A stretch of DNA of 64,000 bases from Rhynchobatus australiae (lineage: Eukaryota): positions 2,247,111 through 2,311,110 of the forward strand of contig JAUZTB010000094.1 of the NCBI GenBank assembly GCA_034780895.1. The letters are read 5' to 3'. How positions within the stretch are numbered: position 1 is the stretch's first letter; each line of letters begins with the position of its first letter. Below the pieces are notes generated by a model. It had not been told where the DNA came from. It was given only the letters and a program-made list of their open reading frames with translations, and did no database searches. Positions 54,770 to 64,000 of the stretch are shown one piece after another. The position numbers were made by a program, and so were the translations under genes.

Positions 54770-55490
54770 TTATCCTTAGACCCCTGGGATGGGGGATGAC
54801 TTGCTTCCACATCATTCAGTACTGAGGAGGGCAATATGGGTACTGCAGACTCTTCCACAATGGGGCAGGAGGTGCCCAATGGAGTGGGTGGGGAGTTTGA
54901 GACCTGCTGCGTTCCTTCCACAATTTACAAAGGGCTTCTGTGTGCTCTGATGTATGGCTATTGGTTCTCAATACCATACCAAATACTCCTCCACTTCAAC
55001 CAGTCATGGGCCAGAGGTTCCCAGGGCCCAGTGGGAATGTTTGAGGCTCTGAGCACCTCTGAATCTTTTCCTTTGTTTGCCTGATAATTTCTTCCCATGA
55101 GAGTTCAGAATAGAGCATCTGTTTGCAGACAACATGGGCTGTCCAGCAGCTAACTGAGCAATTTGGGAATGCAAGCCTGGGAAGAGGACACCAGTGTTGG
55201 TTTGCTTAACCTCCCAGTGAATTGGGAGGCTTTTGTAGAGACAGCATTATTGGTATTTTTCCCAGTGCTGTGGGTTTGTCCAAGCCTGATAAGCACGTGG
55301 AAGTGCAGGGACCACTGCTGCCCAGTAATCCACAGGCTTTGTGGCAGGTCTGGAGGTCTTGACCTTCAAAATCCTTTTCCCTCAAATCAAACAAAGGCAG
55401 ATGCATTCAAGGCATTAGTGAATTTCACCATCACTGAGGGGTGCCTCTGGAGATACGAGAAGAGGTCCACGTTTTCCAGGGTCTAGTTGT
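54770..55490 (-). mobile_element. Degenerate RTE-clade LINE 3' fragment
   Basis: Shares ggatgacttgcttccac, ctgcagactcttccaca and ggggcaggaggtg motifs with the 42345 and 36300 remnants. Confidence 0.5.
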
Positions 55491-58400
55491 GAACCTTTAC
55501 TGCATTTCCTTGCCCAAAAAACACTGAAATATCACAGCAACATTGATTCAGCCACAATTAGAATTTACATTGGGAGCTTGGGAGGAATAGGCAAAAGGTG
55601 ATTCAGTACTCAAAAGATGGTAGAATATACCTGGCAACTACTAAGCCATGGTAACAGGAGGCCACCTTTGTCCCCCTTCAAGCCCCTTTCACTATTCAAT
55701 TAGATCACTGCTGATCTGCATCTGCACTCCAGCTACCCACTTAGGTTCCAAGGCACCCAGACTTTAACAAACTAGGCAAAACAATGATTGAATTAAAATA
55801 AATAGCAAACCTCAATGTCCTTACCACGATAATTAACTTGCATATTACAGCTCAACTTTGCTTGCTATTTCCAATACCAACGTCTTAAATAAGTTTCCAA
55901 AAGGATATAAAATTAATCTGCATCAACAGTTCAACCTAAAAATCTTTTCAAAAAAATGTATAAAATTGTGCTTGCTACATCTATTAAAACAATGAAAATC
56001 GCAGCAAATACTGCTATTGCTAACAAAATTGGATACATAGTCTTCAAATAAGATAGACAACCTTCAAAATTAACCTCGACAAGAACTGTACCTGCTTGCA
56101 ATTCATTATCAACACCAAGTGCTTAACACTCCTCGTCTTAACCCACTGCACGGACTATTTGAAAGAGAAAAATAGCTAGGTAAAGCCTGCAAGAATTAAA
56201 AGGGATTATTGGATAAACTGGGATTGAGGCCCACCTCATAAATTTAACTCTTCAAATCCAAATGGGCATTTAACCTTGAGAATGGTAACAGACAAGGTAT
56301 CAAACGCAACAGAAAATATCTGCTCTTAACAAGAACTAAATATTACTTGGATTAATTTTGCAAGCCTCAGTAACAGAAGGGGAAGCACCTGGAACGTGAT
56401 TAACCTCAAACTGAGTCTTTATTTTCCAATTTCCAACCATTTACCAGAAGTTAGTATTTATTTTTTTATGCTGAAAACTGAATTTACTGAGTTGTACAGA
56501 TCCTCAGAAACCAAAATTTTCTTAACACTGTTCTTTAATGATGCAAAGATTTTCTAATCTTAAAATCCATAAATTTAACAACTATCAATTGTTCCTCCAC
56601 TCTGCCAATTTTCCCCCTACCTTTTTCCCCCCTCAGAGTCTTTGACTCTTGCCTTGTCTACAGTTCCCCACAGACATCAACAGCCTGTCCACGTGGCTTC
56701 TCGTAGACCGAGAGATGAATGTCAACAGACATCATAACCGAACTTGATCCCATCTTGCATAGGTCAGCAGACCTTGAGCCTGTTATCATTGAGTGACATC
56801 ATGGCAGATCTGAGATAAGTTCATTACCCTCCTTTCCCTCAACATCTTTGGTTAACACAAAGCTGTCAGTCTTAGATTTAAAATTAACTGACCTGGCATT
56901 GAACAACATTTGTTGGAGACATGTTCAAATTTCTCTTACCTCTGCATAAAGAAGCATTTCTTAATTTTACTCTTAAAAAGGCCTGATTCTAATTTTTGAA
57001 CTTGATCCCCATGCCCAGTAATCCACAGGCTTTTTGCCAGGTCTGAGGTCTTGACCTTCAAATTTTTCTCCAACCAGTTAAAATGGTTGGCATCTCTCTC
57101 ATTTCTCCATTGCCTTGAAAACTTGAATTAAACCAGTCCTTCACCTTCTAAATTCTACAGAATACAAGCATAACTTGTGCAATCTCTCTTGCTAATTTAA
57201 TAATTAGTATCCAGGGCCTAGAATTTTATTGGTACCAGCTGGAAATTCAATAGCATTCAAGACCCAAGGCTTCAGGAGCTATTGAACTGGCCCTGGACAA
57301 GGCAAAGTCCAAGTCCTTAGACTTCATGGAATTATCTATGATTGGCAGTTTGCTTTTGGGAGGGGATGATGATGATGTTGGGTGAGGAGAAAGGAAAGAA
57401 GAATGGGATGGACAGAAAGAAGAACTGCCAGGTGAACAAGTTCGGAGCACATGTACTTGAGTCATGTCTCCAGTGTCAGCCAGGGAAGGAAATCCTTTGA
57501 AAGATGCCTTGGAGTAGGCTTCAACCTGTGCTGTGATAGCTTGCAGGAATGGCCTGCGGATGGTACAAGCCGCTCCAATGGGAATCAAAGATCCTTAAGT
57601 GGCTTCCATATATGCACTGCACATCTGGGGTCCTCCATGTATAACCCAACAGACAGATGGAGGGACCCAGAATAAACACTACAGATCTCTCAATCCACAC
57701 AACAACNNNNNNNNNNNNNNNNNNNNNNNNNNNNNNNNNNNNNNNNNNNNNNNNNNNNNNNNNNNNNNNNNNNNNNNNNNNNNNNNNNNNNNNNNNNNNN
57801 NNNNNNNNNNNNNNNNNNNNNNNNNNNNNNNNNNNNNNNNNNNNNNNNNNNNNNNNNNNNNNNNNNNNNNNNNNNNNNNNNNNNNNNNNNNNNNNNNNNN
57901 NNNNNNNNNNNNNNNNNNNNNNNNNNNNNNNNNNNNNNNNNNNNNNNNNNNNNNNNNNNNNNNNNNNNNNNNNNNNNNNNNNNNNNNNNNNNNNNNNNNN
58001 NNNNNNNNNNNNNNNNNNNNNNNNNNNNNNNNNNNNNNNNNNNNNNNNNNNNNNNNNNNNNNNNNNNNNNNNNNNNNNNNNNNNNNNNNNNNNTTTTCTG
58101 TATTGGTTGCTCGTGACGAAACTGGTTCTCTCATTGTTGGCACATTGAGTTTTATTTCAACTATTTGGAGTTGAAACCTGTTTGTTTCACCTTGATTAAA
58201 AGTTGCTGGATTTTCAATGGCTTGGACTATTTTGGAAGGAGAATTTGGGCAGGAGACAAAATGCAGTAACTGCATTACCTGGCAGCAGCTTGCAAGTTGC
58301 AGTGAACAGTTAAGAGATAGATAGTTCTGTTGACAATGCATAGAAATAAATGAAACTCACCTTCCTACAACTGGAAATTAAATTGGCTCTTTCCCCATAG

Positions 58401-60883
58401 TTTCCTGTCTGTTATTTATTCTCCTATACTCAGGAGAAACATCAAGTTTGTTTTATCCCCATTGCTCAACATCGCTCATCATTGCTCTGCAATATCCAAC
58501 TCAGTTAAATATGTTGAATGACTTGCGAGTCAAGCCGCGAGGTTGTTGCACTGAGCAGTCAGCAAATGCTCTGGGAGACAAGGGGCCAATCCACAAGTAC
58601 ACCCAAGGTATTTTCTGGCAGAACACACACAGAGGTTACAAGAACAGAACTACTAAAGCTGCTGCTTTCAAGAACAACCACATTATGGTATGATTGGGTA
58701 TACTATAATTTGATTACAGTAAGATAATTCCATCACCAAAATATCATGCTGTGGTAACAAACNNNNNNNNNNNNNNNNNNNNNNNNNNNNNNNNNNNNNN
58801 NNNNNNNNNNNNNNNNNNNNNNNNNNNNNNNNNNNNNNNNNNNNNNNNNNNNNNNNNNNNNNNNNNNNNNNNNNNNNNNNNNNNNNNNNNNNNNNNNNNN
58901 NNNNNNNNNNNNNNNNNNNNNNNNNNNNNNNNNNNNNNNNNNNNNNNNNNNNNNNNNNNNNNNNNNNNNNNNNNNNNNNNNNNNNNNNNNNNNNNNNNNN
59001 NNNNNNNNNNNNNNNNNNNNNNNNNNNNNNNNNNNNNNNNNNNNNNNNNNNNNNNNNNNNNNNNNNNNNNNNNNNNNNNNNNNNNNNNNNNNNNNNNNNN
59101 NNNNNNNNNNNNNNNNNNNNNNNNNNNNNNNNNNNNNNNNNNNNNNNNNNNNNNNNNNNNNNNNNNNNNNNNNNNNNNNNNNNNNNNNNNNNNNNNNNNN
59201 NNNNNNNNNNNNNNNNNNNNNNNNNNNNNNNNNNNNNNNNNNNNNNNNNNNNNNNNNNNNNNNNNNNNNNNNNNNNNNNNNNNNNNNNNNNNNNNNNNNN
59301 NNNNNNNTACATAAAGGAGGAGACAAAGGTGGAGAGAAAATAACATTTAAGAGTGGTTGATTCAAAGACAAAGACAGTCTTGGCTTCCAGCAGGGGACTG
59401 AGCTTCAAAATCCCTGGACCTTGGAGCAGGAAAAGGAGAAATTTAATCCAGGTTCGTTCCAATTCCTTCAGTTTAAAATTGCATCCATGTGGGCAACTAG
59501 TAGGAAATGAGCCAAGAACAGTTGTAGTGTCCCTTGGAATGAGCTGTCCATGTTCACCCATGACAAAAGAATTTGACTGTGTCCCCCAAAAATCCCTCCT
59601 TGCTGAATGTTGGCATGCATTTATGCACAATTCCAGTCTTGTGTTTAATGCTTTTGCCATAGCAATTTTCTACAACTCACCCCACTCACGTTAGTTATAC
59701 CACCATGCTTTTTAAAACCACGGTGATCCCAACAATAAAACTGAAAGGATAAAATATGAAGAAATACATATTAACTCTACTTCACACAACAATATCAAAT
59801 CACTGATGGCATCAACCACATCTCCATCAATATTATACGAATAACATTTTCTCTCAACAAGCAAATAGCCCCTGGAAGGTTAAAATTCGTTCATTGCACC
59901 ACTGAGTTTTCCCGCAATTCCATTGGATAAATTTTTGTTAATTTTTTTTAAAAAAGCACTCNNNNNNNNNNNNNNNNNNNNNNNNNNNNNNNNNNNNNNN
60001 NNNNNNNNNNNNNNNNNNNNNNNNNNNNNNNNNNNNNNNNNNNNNNNNNNNNNNNNNNNNNNNNNNNNNNNNNNNNNNNNNNNNNNNNNNNNNNNNNNNN
60101 NNNNNNNNNNNNNNNNNNNNNNNNNNNNNNNNNNNNNNNNNNNNNNNNNNNNNNNNNNNNNNNNNNNNNNNNNNNNNNNNNNNNNNNNNNNNNNNNNNNN
60201 NNNNNNNNNNNNNNNNNNNNNNNNNNNNNNNNNNNNNNNNNNNNNNNNNNNNNNNNNNNNNNNNNNNNNNNNNNNNNNNCATTAGGTAATAGTATTTGTC
60301 ACAGTCCAATTGCCAGCCAATGTACAGCATCATGACTCAAACATGAACAGGCAGCACTCAGGCATGTTTTATTGGTCAGCTGTTACAAGGGAACTAATGC
60401 CCCCAGGAGTAGAGAGAAAGAGGGGAAAATAAATGGATACAAAAGGATAAAGAGGACAGTTGGAGACCACCAACTGTTTTAGAAACTAAGTACAGCAATG
60501 GACTCAAATCAAAATCTGCTGCTTTAGAGAGCAACACAGTTTTCTTTGAAGAGAGAGATTTACAACAGAAAATTTGTTGGGAAAAAAGTTACGAAAATAT
60601 CTTTCAAGGTCTGAACGTGCTACATGTTGCATACACATCCTGTTAATATCAAAAATAAACACCATGGGTTTGAAAAAGGAAGTAGATAACTGTTTTGGTG
60701 ATCATGTGCAACATTGTGCCCATCAGGAGGAATGCTAACGCTACAAAATGACACCCTGTGTCTGTCATCAGCCTGAAGGGAAGAGCTCTCTTGCCCCATT
60801 ACACAAACAAGAGAACTGCTTACCTTCGCAGCACCATCTTTAATCATGCACATGGGTAACAGCCTTGTGCCAAAATTCTAGGT

Positions 60884-61203
60884 GGAGACAAAAAATTCTG
60901 CAGATGCTGGAAATGTGGAGCAACACACAAGACGTTGGAGGAACTCAACAAGTCAAGCAGCACCTATGGACGGAAATGGACACTCGACATTTTGGGTCAA
61001 GACCCTTCATCACTACTGGGAATAGGGGAGGTAGCCAGTATAAAAAAGTGGTGGTGGTAGGAAAAAGAAAGGTGGAGCTGGCTACCTCTCCTCTTTCTTT
61101 CCAGTCCTGATGAAGGGTCTTGACTCAAAATGCCAGTTGTCCATTTCCCTCCATAGATGCTGCCTGACCTGCTGAGTTCCTCCAACATTTTGTGCATTGC
61201 TCC
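60884..61203. mobile_element. Long inverted-repeat non-autonomous element (Penelope-like) with 11-bp TSD
   Basis: Imperfect inverted arms of ~125 bp (60916-61038 and 61078-61204); TSD aaattctaggt at 60873-60883 and 61204-61214; same ctgcagatgctggaa start as the 18766 element. Confidence 0.75.
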
Positions 61204-61433
61204 AAATTCTAGGTATAGTCCCATCTCCACCGGGATCTGGGTTTGGCCTGTTACACCCAATTCAACTTGGAACAATTACACTCATCAGTTTAAGGCTGTG
61301 CTCATATTTGTCCCAAACTATTTTACCAACCACAGTTCCAGGGTGACAAGAGACAGTGAGAACAGGTACAGCCAAATTTTTCATCCACTGAAAAAGCCAC
61401 TTTATTTCATTAAGAGACTTTATGATTACTTAC

Positions 61434-61552
61434 TTAGAAAAACGCTCCCTGAGTGCAGCTGATCCCCTCTTATTAACTATGGACAACTCTTTGGCAGTAA
61501 CCCGCAGCGATTGAGAGGCCCATTGCCCTCTGCTGAATGGTGATCGCTCCAT
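61434..61552 (-). CDS. LIMA1: LIMA1 exon 2, coding part (EPLIN-beta start; whole exon 61434-61567)
   Basis: MERSPFSRGQWASQSLRVTAKELSIVNKRGSAALRERFS(K) matches human MESSPFNRRQWTSLSLRVTAKELSLVNK. Acceptor tatacag|GCA at 61567; donor AA|gtaag; 119 nt, ends in phase 2. Confidence 0.93.
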
Positions 61553-64000
61553 GTTCTCTTGGTTTGCCTGTATAAGAGGGGGAAAAAAATGTATAGATGT
61601 ACAATTTTGCCATACAAAACAAGACTGTAGAGGAAAAGTTGAAACTTGCAAATTGGTGACCCCAACAGCATGCAATGGTAACAATTTACTCAGCTAAAGA
61701 TGCTATATGTAAAAGAAGTGTTAAGAGGGTCGATTGAATCCTTGTTGACAATTCAAATACCTCTGTACAACTCCAACTATTACCTAATGAACAGATGACT
61801 CATCGATGGGACTCAAAAAAACACTTAACAACAGCAAAATTCCTTCTACTAGTTCAAATGGAAATGGGTATTTTTTTTAAAACAGGAGACCATTGTTTCA
61901 ATTACTAAACTGAAGATTCCCACAATATTATTTTGATGCTGTTCTAAAATCTTAACCAATATTCTTGTATTCAACAGAAACTGGTCTTATTGCCTTGACC
62001 CCTTGCTTCCTGTTCTGTGAACCATTGCTGCTGCCATTCTAACTGATACAGGGAGCTCTGACATTGACTACTTTGCCAGTGAAAGGACAGAGCCAAATTA
62101 TTTTCTGCAATATGTAACTGATTTCAATCCAGGAAAATTATATGACTTTAATAACAAACATATCAAGTTTGATTTTTAAAATATATATAAATATATGAAA
62201 AGGCACATGCTTTTATCCTCTTCACTTCCATATGTATCCCCATTCCACAGTTTCTGTACCAGCCAAGATAATAGTTAGCTGATATCTCCAAGTCCCTGCT
62301 GATTTAAGTCACCCAGGGAGGTGCAAAATAGCAGCCAAAGAAAATAAAAAAAACTCCACATGCTGGAAATCTGAAATAAAACAGAAAACACTGGAAACAC
62401 AGCAGGTCAGGCAGCATCTGTGGAAATAGAGAAACAGTTAACGTTTCAGGCCTCAGCTAAAAGTCTCCACGAATGAACAGCCAATATCACGCATTCATTG
62501 AATTTTACAAAGTGCTACTTGTTCAGGTAGATCATAGTCAAGCAGCATTGGCAACCCAGCAACTCCTGGAACTTAAAAGTGAACAAATCCAGCTCTCTTG
62601 TATATGGCAGCAGGCTTGCTTGTTCTGATCTTGCACAGGTGCACATCGATGGCCAGAATTAGGAAGTCACATACACCATCAACAGCAGGATATAGTGCAC
62701 GCAGTCACACATCTCCAAGCTAAACAGGGGTTCAGATGGTGAACTGCACACTGCTGAAAAATCGGTTGAATTTCCTTTTAAGTATTTTATATAAGAATCT
62801 GTTAATCTTGCGGCATGTAAAAATAATGTATAGCTTATACTGGTCAGTCACATGCCACAATTCTGATGCTGTATTCTGCAAATACAAGGTGTTTGGTGGG
62901 GGGGGGGGGGGGGGGTGCAGGAAAATTATGGGAAGTTAGGTTAACTGCTACAAAATCCTACAATTAAATACAGAAGGTATTCAAACAATTAGATCAGCAC
63001 AGCAAGAGTTAACTCAATTCTATTACAGGAATAGGAAACATTCTTCAGGTGTTGAGTACACCCATTTACCAATGGGATCATATCTGCAAATTTTAAAATG
63101 TTGACACTCTGGCAGTTAACCACACGAAGCAAATTGCTCTCTCATTTGGTTAATACAACAAAGGATTCAACTGGGAATGCAACTAATGTTTACAAATTAC
63201 TGTGCAAAACATATCAGATTTTATTTCTTTGTAGCCAGATAGAAGATGGGTGGCTAATAAATACTTCAACCAAACTCACCCAGTTTGGTCAGCTTACTAA
63301 GTGCAAAACTAAACATGGTTTCACTGCAAGGGCTTCACAACAGTAATCTTGTTTAAAAAATGTACCAAGTTCAGACATGTACTACCTGAAGTTATGCAAT
63401 ATTCACACAGTTATGGAGGTCCCACCCATTATTTGACCCATTGGTTTCAAGGCTCATGAAATTTATATTTGCTATTTCCCATACTGAAGNNNNNNNNNNT
63501 CCTTTAATAGAATAGTATTCAAGGCCACATACAAAAGAGGTGAAAATATCATTGGACAGTTAACTTGAAGATATCCACATTTTAAGTTGCCATCCCAATT
63601 GAAGAGACCAGTAAAGAATAAATCAGAAGCTACTGCATTAAAATTCTGCCAAACCAATTGGGAAGTTACTGGTAATAGACGACATTCAGATCCAGAAGTT
63701 ACATGCCAGGAAGGCTCATGCTGCATCCCCAACTTCTCACTTCAATCTATAGAACATCTTAAATTACCATACTGCTAAAGAAGTACTTAGTGTTGAAAAG
63801 CATCAGCTCTAGGACAACATGCACTATGTTATTTGAACAGGAAAGTGGGTACACAAACTGCCTTTCGCACACATTTGTTTCATTGCCATCCAAATCACTC
63901 ATGAAGTCTGCTTGGAAGCCATGACATCACATTTGATTTAGGCGAGAATGCCAAGATTCCTAGTTCAACACTACACTCAATTGTTTCTCCAAGCCACTCA

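Noticed and set aside
37448-60333. Long ORFs spanning N runs
   Set aside because: Artefacts of translating assembly gaps as X.
60824-60877. Strong donor AAG|gtaagc as a candidate LIMA1 exon 3
   Set aside because: No resemblance to YQKAAEE, a poor acceptor, and a stop in the required phase from the tag acceptor.

Overview
This is gappy draft vertebrate genomic DNA. Its repeats (CR1, Tx1, Rex1/Babar, RTE, Deu-domain and tRNA-headed SINEs, Penelope-like hairpins) suggest a cartilaginous fish; that taxonomic call is an inference. Most ORF-track entries are spurious. Positions ~10.96-61.6 kb hold LIMA1 (EPLIN) on the minus strand. I could place nine frame-compatible coding exons (exon 5 only tentatively) plus one candidate 42-nt cassette exon. 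The short exon 3 is not visible and probably sits in an N-gap; non-coding exon 1 is off the right edge. A perfect CArG box (CCTTATAAGG) upstream of exon 4 and an in-frame strong-Kozak ATG indicate the internal SRF-type EPLIN-alpha promoter. The main surprise is absent from the ORF track: a 72-nt terminal coding exon on the + strand (2505-2576, VSGCEGYSPDETKLIGFAQLSMR*) matching the C-terminus of the SPAK/OSR1 (STK39/OXSR1) kinases. It is convergent with LIMA1, in the slot that mirrors the human XIRP2-STK39-CERS6 arrangement. It may be a third SPAK/OSR1 ohnolog with no counterpart at the human LIMA1 locus.
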